Positions 26,813 to 36,900 of a DNA stretch of 64,000 nt are shown here, in pieces (the first letter of the stretch is position 1; each line of letters opens with the position of its first letter). Under the pieces are notes generated by a model. That model was not told where the DNA came from. It saw only the letters and a program-made list of their open reading frames with translations, and made no database searches. The DNA is from an uncultured Acidobacteriota bacterium (lineage in GTDB: Bacteria; Acidobacteriota; UBA6911; CAINFC01), in the NCBI GenBank assembly GCA_903847975.1, contig CAINFC010000294.1, forward strand, positions 811 to 64,810, in the 5' to 3' direction. The translations under genes and the position numbers were made by a program.

Positions 26813-27315
26813 GCCATGGCGTAGCCACTGACAAACATCGCTCCTAGAAACAACAGGCTGCCGGTGGCCAGCATCGCACCGCCGGTCAATGCCTGACCCG
26901 AAGTGCAGCCTGAGGCCACCCGGCTCGCGAACCCAGTCAGGATGCCACCCGTCAACGCCATTGCGATGCGACGACCGCGCGACGCCGTCGGCCCGCGTTC
27001 CAGTTGCGGCTGAACCCGCCGTCCCACGATCGCCGAGACAAGGCCTCCGAGCAGGGTGCCGACAAACATGAATACCAGATAGTATCGGAGGGGGTCCTTA
27101 CCCCAGGCCCCAAAGTAGGCGCTGTCCGCCACATGTTGCGGCATGAGGCAGCTTTGTGCGAATGCGCCAATCCGCGCAATGCCCGCAGAAGCCCCGAGTC
27201 CGACGCCCAGGAGGAGGAAGCTGGCGAGCAAAACCAGACCCAACAGAACCCCGGACAGATATGGATTCATGTAAGGTTTAGGGCCAAAGGACGGAGGGAT
27301 AGGGTTGGAATTCAT
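26785..27315 (-). CDS. YeeE/YedE-family membrane protein (second half of split transporter)
   Basis: Hydrophobic, with the conserved CTSG motif (ASGCTSGQALTG). AGGAGG lies 9 nt upstream of ATG 27315. The track ORF begins at GTG 27336. Confidence 0.75.
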   Translation of the reverse strand: MNSNPIPPSFGPKPYMNPYLSGVLLGLVLLASFLLLGVGLGASAGIARIGAFAQSCLMPQHVADSAYFGAWGKDPLRYYLVFMFVGTLLGGLVSAIVGRRVQPQLERGPTASRGRRIAMALTGGILTGFASRVASGCTSGQALTGGAMLATGSLLFLGAMFVSGYAMAWFCRRQWQ

Positions 27316-27339
27316 AGCTTCGTTCCTCCTGATCACGAT

Positions 27340-29358
27340 TCAGCAACCGACCGATTTTCGCTTCTTCGGGGTTGGGAGTGGCGGGGTGGGTGCCGTGGAG
27401 GCGGGGCGAGGAGTGCTGCTTACCCCCGGCACCGCCTGCGGAAGAGCACTGCCGCTGGGTAACGGCACGGTGCGAACCGCGACCTTCAGTTCGCTTTCCT
27501 CCCAAAACGCTTCCAGCCCGCCATGCAGGGCCTTGATCGGGCGCTTGGTTCTTTGGGAAAGAATGCCGGCTGCCATCATGGCCAGTGAACCGTCGCGGTC
27601 CACGAGGATCAAAGGACCCGCTCCCGTGAGGTAGCCGGGATTTTCCAAAACATCGGCGAGCTCGGCTCGTCGCGAGCCTGGCAGGGCGTAATCTTGGAAT
27701 GCCTCCGGTGGGCGTATGTCCACCAGGTCGAACGTGCCCGGCAGATCTTTGATTAATCGGCCCAAGTCCGCCGGTGAAATGCGTTCTGCAATCTGAATCT
27801 GGCGTTTAGGGGCGGAGTCGGTGGCCTTCTTTTCATTCCCGTATACCGGATAGCCTGCGTCAATCCACGCTGCGCTGCCACCAGCCAGGCTGGAGACGTT
27901 CTTGAATCCTTTCCGCTGCAGGATGCCCACTGCCAGGCTCGACCGGTAGGCGCTGTTGCACACCGCGACCACGGGAAGATTCGGATCGAGTTTTCCTGAC
28001 AACTCGGCCAGGTGGCTGATCGGCAGGTTTACTACCGTGCCGATGCGGAGGGCCATCCATTCATATGGCATTCGCACGTCCACGATGATCGGCGCACTGC
28101 CGTTTTTCATCTGCTGATAGAGATCCGCGGGGGTGATGGTTCCGCTCGAGGCCAGCGGCAGCCCCGCTTTTTTCCAGGCATCAAAAGGCAACACCCGTCC
28201 GCCGTAGGCCACGCGATGCAGGCGGAACGTCGCTTCCTTCAACTCCTCCCCGGACCCTATCAACACCAGCGGCGATTTCCAGGGTACCATTGTTCCGACC
28301 CAGGTTTCCAATCGGCCCCGCAGGGCGATGTTTACGGAACCCGGCACATGTCCGGCGGCGTAGGTTTTGGCCTCACGCAAGTCCACCAGCCATTGCCCGG
28401 CATCCTTGGTAATTGACTCCTCGGCTTTGGCGGTCGCCGGGGAAGCGTTCCAATCCACCAGGGGTGGCCCGGAGCGGTTCATAGCTGCGTTGTGTTTGAA
28501 ATATTGGGGTGCTTCCGGCAGGCCTTCCAATACTGCTGCGATGAATTCACTGCGGCCCTTTTTCTGTAGGTAGGGGTTGGACGATTTTTCCCGGCCAATG
28601 GTTGAGGATGGATCATCAGACAGATTTGCACCGCACAGCGATCCTGCGCCATGGGCCGGCAGAACCAGGACGTTATCCGGCAGCTTGGAAAGTTTGTTGT
28701 GCCATGTGTCGTAACTCATGGATGCCAGCGTGGCGGCGGTCATGGTGCCTTCCAGCAGATCGGGGCGTCCAACGGATCCCACGAACAGGGTGTCGCCTGT
28801 GAACATGGCACGCGGCTGAGTTTCCCGCTCGCTGCTGACCAGGCCGCACATACCGTCAGGCGTGTGACCCGGCGTAGGGATGGCTTTCACAGTGGCTTTG
28901 CCCACCCGGAATACCGAGCTCTCCTGAAGCGGCTCGATTTTGTATTGCGCACCGCTTGCGGCGTTTTGATAAATGGGTACGTTCAATGCCCGGACCGCCT
29001 CGAGATGGCCTGCCAGGAAGTCGGCATGCGAATGAGTGAGAAACAATCCCTTGATCGTCAAAGTGTGCTTTTTCGCATAGTCCATGTACCCCTGGATGTC
29101 ACGGTCCGGGTCCACCAGCACCGCCTCCGATCCGGAGACCAACAGGTAGGAATAGTGACTCAGCACGGGTAGAGTAAACTGTACAATTTCAAATCCTGGG
29201 AACCGGTAGGTATCCACGATCTGGTGGAAGGCGTCTTCGGTGCCGTGTGAGGCGGACTCGGTGTCCTTGATCTGCGTTTTATCCCCCTCCGGCACCGCTC
29301 CACCCGGAATCAGGAACGAGAGAAGAGCCATGACTTGAATGTAAATGCGCATCTTCAT
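27340..29358 (-). CDS. MBL-fold persulfide dioxygenase-like enzyme fused to rhodanese domains (CstB-like), with signal peptide
   Basis: Metallo-beta-lactamase motif FLTHSHADFLAGH. Followed by rhodanese modules (active Cys in VAVCNSAYRSS). N-terminal MKMRIYIQVMALLSFLIPGGA signal peptide. AAGGAA lies upstream of ATG 29358. Confidence 0.8.
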   Translation of the reverse strand: MKMRIYIQVMALLSFLIPGGAVPEGDKTQIKDTESASHGTEDAFHQIVDTYRFPGFEIVQFTLPVLSHYSYLLVSGSEAVLVDPDRDIQGYMDYAKKHTLTIKGLFLTHSHADFLAGHLEAVRALNVPIYQNAASGAQYKIEPLQESSVFRVGKATVKAIPTPGHTPDGMCGLVSSERETQPRAMFTGDTLFVGSVGRPDLLEGTMTAATLASMSYDTWHNKLSKLPDNVLVLPAHGAGSLCGANLSDDPSSTIGREKSSNPYLQKKGRSEFIAAVLEGLPEAPQYFKHNAAMNRSGPPLVDWNASPATAKAEESITKDAGQWLVDLREAKTYAAGHVPGSVNIALRGRLETWVGTMVPWKSPLVLIGSGEELKEATFRLHRVAYGGRVLPFDAWKKAGLPLASSGTITPADLYQQMKNGSAPIIVDVRMPYEWMALRIGTVVNLPISHLAELSGKLDPNLPVVAVCNSAYRSSLAVGILQRKGFKNVSSLAGGSAAWIDAGYPVYGNEKKATDSAPKRQIQIAERISPADLGRLIKDLPGTFDLVDIRPPEAFQDYALPGSRRAELADVLENPGYLTGAGPLILVDRDGSLAMMAAGILSQRTKRPIKALHGGLEAFWEESELKVAVRTVPLPSGSALPQAVPGVSSTPRPASTAPTPPLPTPKKRKSVGC

Positions 29359-29396
29359 AACGAGATTCCTTATATGGGACAAGCCGGCAAAAAGTA

Positions 29397-29463
29397 AACG
29401 CGGCATCGCACCGCGTTCTTCGCGTTTCCGCAAACCCAACAACCACGCGGTTGGAAGCCGCGT
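29397..29463. promoter_or_regulatory. Two tandem palindromes ACGCGG-N7-CCGCGT upstream of the sulfur operon
   Basis: AACGCGGcatcgcaCCGCGTT at 29397-29417 and ACGCGGttggaagCCGCGT at 29445-29463. Both lie 40-105 nt upstream of the persulfide dioxygenase start at 29358. Confidence 0.4.
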
Positions 29464-29761
29464 CTATGTTCAAAAGACCGACTTTTTGCGTACTTGTGAT
29501 AATTGCCAACTCATTCATGCAAAGTGGATAGCGACTGAAGTATGGGTTTTGGAATCACCAGGTAAGCTTCCTGTGCCATCCATGCAAAAACAAAATGGTG
29601 AATAAAAGATGTGCTTTCTTTCCACTAATACCCTACTTGATAGTCGCTATTTTTGTCAAGAGAAAAAATTGGGGTGCAGGCCTGAGAAATTATGCTAATA
29701 CTTGAAAATAGGAGAGGCGCGTGATAACCTAGTAGTATATACATACTAGGATAGGGGTTAC

Positions 29762-30130
29762 ATGTCTCTCTCTTCAAAAGCCTTGCTCTGGCAAAAGATA
29801 ATTGCTTTAGATCCGATCTGTTCCGGTTCCCTTCATGAGCAGTATTTGCCTTGTGGAAAATCAAATTGTCAATGCAAAAATTCCCAACATCCCCAACGGC
29901 ACGGTCCTTACTACCTTTGGGTTCGTCGTCTGAACGGCAAGCAAGTGAATCGAACTCTAAAACCCGGTCCGGAACTGGAAAAGGTACGAAAAGGCATTGC
30001 CAACTACCAGTTGTTACAGTCCTATTTGGGTCAGGTGTTGCTGGAAGATGAAAACCGAGTCTTGGAGCCGGATCGTGCTTGGATGGGGGCTACTAAAAAA
30101 AACTTCAGATGGAAATTGCCGAAGTCTTAG
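29762..30130 (+). CDS. IS orfA: zinc-finger-like N-terminal transposase fragment
   Basis: 122 aa. Cys cluster CSGSLHEQYLPCGKSNCQCKN. Basic and HTH-like remainder. Its end overlaps orfB. Confidence 0.4.
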   Translation: MSLSSKALLWQKIIALDPICSGSLHEQYLPCGKSNCQCKNSQHPQRHGPYYLWVRRLNGKQVNRTLKPGPELEKVRKGIANYQLLQSYLGQVLLEDENRVLEPDRAWMGATKKNFRWKLPKS

Positions 30131-30585
30131 AACAACATTTGCAGGAATTTGAATTACCGGAAGCCGAGCAGTTGCAAGAGGTCGATGCGGGAGCCGAAGA
30201 AGAGCTGTTTCGTCGGATGGGCCAGCAGGTGGTGTGCCAAAAACTGGGCCAACGGTGGCAAGCAGCCGATCAGACCAAGGAGGCCCATTGTTCCCAATGT
30301 AAACAGAAGATGAAAGCCCTGGGTAGGCGGCCGAAAAGAATTCATTCCCTCTGTGGTCCAATCAATTATGCCCGCCTTACCGATCAATGGGCTTTGGAAC
30401 ATCATTTGCCGGTGGGTTCCGGAAATGTGGAATCGGCGGAACGGCACATTGTCCAATTACGATTCAAACAATCCGGCATGCGGTGGTCGGACCAAGGCGC
30501 CCGGGATATTCTCCATTTGCGTACTCTACATCGCAGTGGGCACTTTGAACAGTATTGGGAGGATTATGCCGCGAGCGGCTTCTGA
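30109..30585 (+). CDS. IS orfB: transposase C-terminal fragment (ISKra4/UPF0236-like tail)
   Basis: 158 aa in the -1 frame relative to orfA. Zinc ribbon CSQCKQKMK...SLCGPI. C-terminal SGNVESAERHIVQLRFKQSGMRWSDQGARDILHLRTLHRSGHFEQYW resembles, from memory, the conserved transposase tail of that family. No DDE core is present, so the middle is deleted. Confidence 0.4.
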   Translation: MEIAEVLEQHLQEFELPEAEQLQEVDAGAEEELFRRMGQQVVCQKLGQRWQAADQTKEAHCSQCKQKMKALGRRPKRIHSLCGPINYARLTDQWALEHHLPVGSGNVESAERHIVQLRFKQSGMRWSDQGARDILHLRTLHRSGHFEQYWEDYAASGF

Positions 30586-30905
30586 TCGATAACTTTTCAG
30601 GCCTGCACCCGCGCCCTTTTATATGCTAGATTCTACTGCAAATGCGTGGTAGAATATTGGGACCATGATTTAAACGGTAAATTGATCCATCATTGCATAT
30701 TCCTGCATCTTTGAGCAGATGCCACCGTAGGGGGCAATAATGATGGAACCGGGCGACCTTGATTCTGAATCCGCTCGCCGATCTATCAGCGAAGAGGAAG
30801 GTACCCCTGGTGATACGTTTATCGTGATCGGCTTTTGGATTCGACAGAAAACATCGGCCGAAATTCCCTTCAGAAAAACATCCCGTCAAGGCGTAAGGAG
30901 GGGCT

Positions 30906-33900
30906 ATGGCAAGCCACGCTTACTGTAAAGCGGTTCATCTTTTTCTGACCATCCTACTGCTGTTCAGTCAACTGCCCGACAGAGCGAAAAGGCCAAGAAC
31001 CCAGTTTGTCGATACCCAGTCAAAACACGGACCGCTGCCTGAAACCGTCGAGGCAGCTTTCGCACGGAAGCCGGACACCCCGGTCCTGCCCGCCGGCACC
31101 GGAACCGACTGGTGGACCGCAGCGAGAGCCGACATTCTACGCGCAGAGTATTACGTGACCTGGCAGGAGAAAACCAATTTAGCGGATGTACCGGCGGCCT
31201 TTCAGGCCCCCAACCGGGCACAGAATCTGCGAACCTACTTTACAGCGAAAGGGGCGCGGCTTATTCCACGGGAGTTCCCGAGCCAAACCCCTCCCTGGCA
31301 ATGGGGGCTTTCGCTGGTGGGTTACGGGAACACCGGCGATATTCGGCCGGCAGCCAAGGCCCTTCTGAGCGCAAAGGGTAACCGCATCGAGTATCGTCGC
31401 GATGGCCTTACCGAGTGGTACATCAACGACGAACGCGGACTGGAACAGGGCTTCACCCTTCACCGGCCACCCGCGCCTGCCTCGGCTGCTGCCAGCAACT
31501 CCATGGCCCATGGTACGATTGCACTTGAATTGGCAATCGCCACCAATCTCACGGCCAGCCTCAGCGCGGAAGCCATGGGCGTGGATTTCATGACTGAGAG
31601 CGGGGCAATCGCCTTACGCTACGGCCAATTGAATGTGGTGGATGCCACCGACCGCAGTTTGCCTGCCTGGATGGAGCTTCCCCCAGCGGGACCGCATGAT
31701 TCATTTCCCTTGCGATTGGTAATTGACGCTTCGGAAGCTGTCTATCCCATTACGGTTGATCCACTGACCTCCAGCCCAAATTGGACGGCGGAGAGCGATC
31801 AGGCCTCTGCCTATTTCGGTCGATCGGTTGCCACCGCTGGTGACGTCAATGGGGACGGCTACAGCGACGTCATCGTCGGAGCATACTATTACGATAATGG
31901 GCAGGTGAATGAAGGGCGTACCTTCCTCTTTTACGGTTCGGCCGCAGGGCTTTCGGCCACGGCCAATTGGACGGCGGAAAGCGACCAATCCTCTGCTTAT
32001 TTCGGTCAATCGGTTGCCACTGCCGGCGATGTGAACGGGGACGGCTACAGCGACGTCATTGTCGGTGCACCTTACTATGACAACGGAGAGGGGAATGAAG
32101 GGCGGGCCTTCGTCTATTACGGTTCGGCTGCAGGGCTATCAGCAGCGGCGAACTGGACCGCAGAGAGTAACCAAACTTCTGCCCTTTTCGGTCAATCGGT
32201 TGCCACCGCCGGCGATGTAAATAACGATGGCTACAGCGACGTCGTCATCGGCGCCCATTTTTACGACAACGGGCAGACGGATGAAGGGCGGGCCTTTCTT
32301 TTTACTGGATCGGGGCAAGGGTTGTCTTCAACACCGAACTGGACGGCGGAGGGCGATCAGGCTATCGCCTATTTCGGCGCGTCCGTGTCGACGGCCGGTG
32401 ATGTGAACGGGGACGGCTACAGCGACGTCATTGTCGGGGCCGCCAATTACAGCAACGGGCAAACCAACGAAGGACGGGCCTTCATCTATCATGGCGCGGC
32501 AAACGGGCTGTCCACGACGGCCAGCTGGACGGCGGAAAGCGACCAGGCTTCCGCCTATTTTGGGGTTTCAGTGGCAACGGCCGGGGATGTCAACGGGGAC
32601 GGCTACAGCGACATCATTGTCGGAGCGTCCCATTACGACAATGGGCAGACGAATGAAGGAGCGGTTTTTGTCTATCAAGGGTCGTCAGGGGGGTTACCCG
32701 TTACAGCCAACTGGACCGTAGAAAGCAATGGGGCCAACGTACGCTTTGGGGCATCGGTTTCGACCGCCGGCGACGTTAACGGCGACGGCTACGGAGATGT
32801 CATTGTGGGAGCATATTTGTATGAGGATAATCCACCCGTTTCGCAAAGTGAGGGGGTCAGGGAAGAGGCCCATGGGGGAAGGGCCTTCGTCTATTACGGA
32901 TCGGCGGGAGGCCCATTGAGCACCGAATACTGGACGGTGGGAAGTGCTCAGGCAGGCGCATATTTCGGCTTATCCGTGGCTACGGCGGGAGATGTCAACG
33001 GCGACGGCTACAGCGACGTCATCGTCGGTGCAGCGTATTACGATGGCGGTCAGACAGATGAAGGGAGAGCCTACGCCTATTACGGATCGGCCACGGGCCC
33101 ATCAACCGTAGCAGCCTGGACGGCCGAAGGCGATAAGGTATCGGCCGTTTTCGGTTACGCGGTGGCTTCGGCCGGGGACGTCAATGGCGACGGTTACAGC
33201 GACGTCATTGTCGGCGCAGCTACTTACGACAACGGGCAGACGGATGAAGGCCGGACCTTCGTTTATTATGGATCGGCCGCGGGACTATCAACCGTCGCGG
33301 GCTGGACCGCCGAAGGCGACCAGGTATCGGCCGGTTTCGGTTACTCGGTGGCAACGGCCGGGGATGTAAATGGGGACGGCTACAGCGACGTCATTATCGG
33401 AGCCCTCGGATACAGTAATGGAGAAACGAGTGAAGGCGGGGCTTTTGTCTATTATGGTTCGGCAGAAGGGCTTTTCGCCGTGGCGAACTGGATCATGGAA
33501 AGCAATCAGGTATTTGCCAAATTCGGCGTCTCGGTGGCTACGGCCGGGGATGTAAACAACGACGGCTACAGCGACGTTATTATCGGGGCGTATTTCTATG
33601 ACAACGGACAGACGGATGAAGGTCGGGCCTTTGTGTATCACGGCTCGGCGACAGGGCTTTCGACTACGTCCAACTGGATAGCGGAGAGCAACCAGGCATC
33701 TGCCTATTTCGGGATTTCTGTTGCGACAGCCGGTGACGTTAATGGCGACGGCTTCAGCGATGTGATCGTCGGCGCCGAAAACTACGACAACGGGCAGGCA
33801 GATGAAGGCCGGACATTTGTATATTTCGGCTCTCCGTTAGGGTTGTCATCCACGGCGAACTGGGCTGTGGAAAGCGACCAGGGTTCCGCCTTTTTGGGTG

Positions 33901-36900
33901 CCTCGGTGGCGACCGCAGGGGATGTCAACGGCGATGGTTACAGCGACGTCATTATTGGGGCTCCGTACTATAACAATGGACAAGACAACGAAGGATGGGC
34001 CTTCGTCTATCACGGCTCGGCTGGGGGCCTTTCCACTGCTGCCAACTGGACGGCGGAGAGCAACCAGGTGGATGCACGTTTAGGTGAATCCGTTGCGACA
34101 GCAGGCGACGTCAACGGCGATGGCTTTAGTGATGTTATTGTCGGAGCCTGGCTGTATGATAATGGGCAGACCAATGAAGGGCGGGTATTCGTTTTTCACG
34201 GCTCGGCGTCAGGATTACCTGCTGCAGCGGATTGGACAGCCGAGAGCGACCAGGCGCTTGCCGATTTCGGCAAGGTCGTTTCCACGGCCGGCGACGTCAA
34301 CGGGGACGGTTACAGCGACATCATCATCGGGGCACCCTGGTACGATCGAGGGCAGATGGATGAAGGTCGGGTGTTTCTTTATTACGGAAATGCGGGAAAT
34401 GGGCTCTCCATCCTCCCACGACAAATGCGTACCGATGGATCGCGACCGATCTCTTTACTTGGAAGATCTGATTCCGCCACCTCTTTTCAATTGCGTCTGA
34501 CCGGGCGCATGCCGCTCGGCCGAGAGGATGCCAGGCTTCAATGGCAAGTGGCCCCTCCAGGCAGTTCCTTCAATTCGCCGATTGCCATCAGCGGCACCTC
34601 CGAGTGGACTGATTTACGACCTGGTGGCACCCTTCTCTCCCATAACGTCACAGGACTGAATGCTGCGACACCGTACCACTGGAGGGCCCGTCTTCTCTAT
34701 CGACCAGGGAATCCTTTGGGGCTTCCAGCGAGCCGCTGGTTCCACTCCGCTCTAAACGGTTGGAACGAGAAGGATTTCCGCACATCACAGATGCCGCTGG
34801 GTGCTTTTAACAAGACCAGCCCGACCAACGGAGCAACCTCTACCACCACCAGCCCCACGCTTTTCTGGTCCCCCAGCGAGGGCGCTGCCGACTATGCCTA
34901 CTGCTACGACACCTCAAATGACAACACCTGCGGCGGCTCCTGGATCAGTGCCGGTTACAGCGTCAGGGCGGCTTTGACCGGCCTCGCCCACGATACAACC
35001 TACTATTGGCAAGTGCGGGCTGGCAATTCGGAAGCCACCATCTTTGCTAACGCCGGCACCTGGTGGGGTTTCACAACCAATATTGCGCCACCGCAGGACT
35101 TTAGCAAGTCATCCCCAACAAATGGCGGCGCCGGTGTTGCTACTAATCCGACGCTCACCTGGAGTACCAGCCCTGGGGCGGCATTCTATGAGTACTGCTG
35201 CGACACCTCGAACGACAATGCCTGTAGCAGCTGGGTGAGCACGGGGGCGGTTACCCGCGCCACCATCAGCGGGCTGTCCAACGATACAACCTACTACTGG
35301 CAGGTGCGGGCCGCGAATGGCGGGGGCAGGACCTACGCCAACACCGGAGCTTATTGGAGTTTTACCACGCAGGGTCTACCGCCGGCGGCCTTCTCGAAGA
35401 GTGCACCCCCAAACGCCGCCACCGGCGTTGCTGTCAATCCTTCTCTTTCCTGGGGCACCAGCGGCGGCGCGACCAGCTATGAGTTCTGCTACGATACCAC
35501 GGACGACAACGATTGCAGCACTTGGACCAGCACTGGCACCCATACCAGTGTCGGCCTAAGCGGGCTGTCCTACAATACGGTCTACTTTTGGCAGGTGCGG
35601 GCTATCAACGCGGGTGGAAGCAGATACGCCAACGATAGCAGCACAGGTTTCTGGAGCTTCAGAACTCAAGCGGAAGCCCAGGTTTGTACCTTTATTGTAA
35701 CGCCGTCATCGGCCTCCGCTTCGGCAGCCGGTGGGCCGAGCCAGATCAGCGTTGCGACCGGGGCAACGTGCTCATGGTCGATAATCAATCCTGCGTCGTG
35801 GATCTCGTTCCCTAGCCCTGGGCCCTTCACTGGCCCGGGAACCGCCGATTTTAGCGTTGCGGCGAATCCCAACGGAACGGCTCGTAATGTCATCATAACA
35901 ATCGCCGGCCAACCATTTACTCTTTCACAGGAAGGCGCTGCCTGCCATGCATCTCTCAATCCGCTCTCTGCAAATGTTGCTGCCGGTGTCGCAACCGGCA
36001 CAGTAAATATCTCCTATCCTGAAGGTTGTGCGTGGCAGGCCACCTCAACGACAAGCTGGATTACAATTTCCTCCGGCTCGACTGGTACAGGCAGCCGATA
36101 TCTTACGTACGCTGTGGATGCCAACTATGGCGCAGCCATTCGGACGGGAACCATAGTGGTGGGTGGTGTCTCCATTGAAGGCTCCCTATTCACTATCACA
36201 CAAGCAGGAAAAGTATGCACATTCGGCATATCTCCTCCAAACATGACCAGCATGGCTTCGGGGACCTCAGGTAAAATAACAGTATCCGCTCCGCAAGGAT
36301 GTTCCTGGCAGGCTTCTTCTGACGTGGCGTGGATATCTGTTACCTCGGTTGCGTCGGGTGGCGGAAGCGGGTCGGTGGACTACAATGTTCAGGTCAACAC
36401 GATGGATACGCCCAGAATAGGCACTTTGTCGGTAGCTCACCGTACCTTTTATGTCTATCAATCAGGTTCGACAGCGACACCTTCCTGTACCGTTTCGGCT
36501 ACCCCAACCGTCATTCGGAGCACCGGGCTAGCGGAGTTGACAGGTGAGCTGGCGATTCACTGCATTAATGTTCCGCAGGCTGGAATCCCTGCAGATATCT
36601 ATGTATCCCTAGGGGCGAATGTTACAAACCGCCTGCTTATAGAACCCGACTACACAGATGCCCTGCTATTGCTCAATAATCCCATGTCACCCACTCCGGG
36701 TATCAATGCATTCCTGGGTGTGGCAGCCGGGTATAACATTTTGCGCTGGCCCAATGTGATCCTAAAAGGGGAAGCGGACGGTAAAGCAGGAATGCGCATC
36801 ACCAATATGCGCGTTAACCCGACCATCCTGAGCGAGGCAAGTGCGATATCCGCCGTCGTCGGTCTTCAGAGTCGCACGGTTATTCCTATTGCTAACTCGA

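Larger units (their letters stand above)
29672..30610. mobile_element. Internally deleted IS-like element (~939 bp) with terminal inverted repeats and two overlapping transposase-fragment ORFs
   Basis: Left TIR gggtgcaggcctgagaaattat (29672-29693). Right TIR (reverse complement of 30589-30610) gggtgcaggcctgaaaagttat. The first 14 nt match perfectly and 20 of 22 match overall. The enclosed region is conspicuously AT-richer than its surroundings. Confidence 0.5.
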
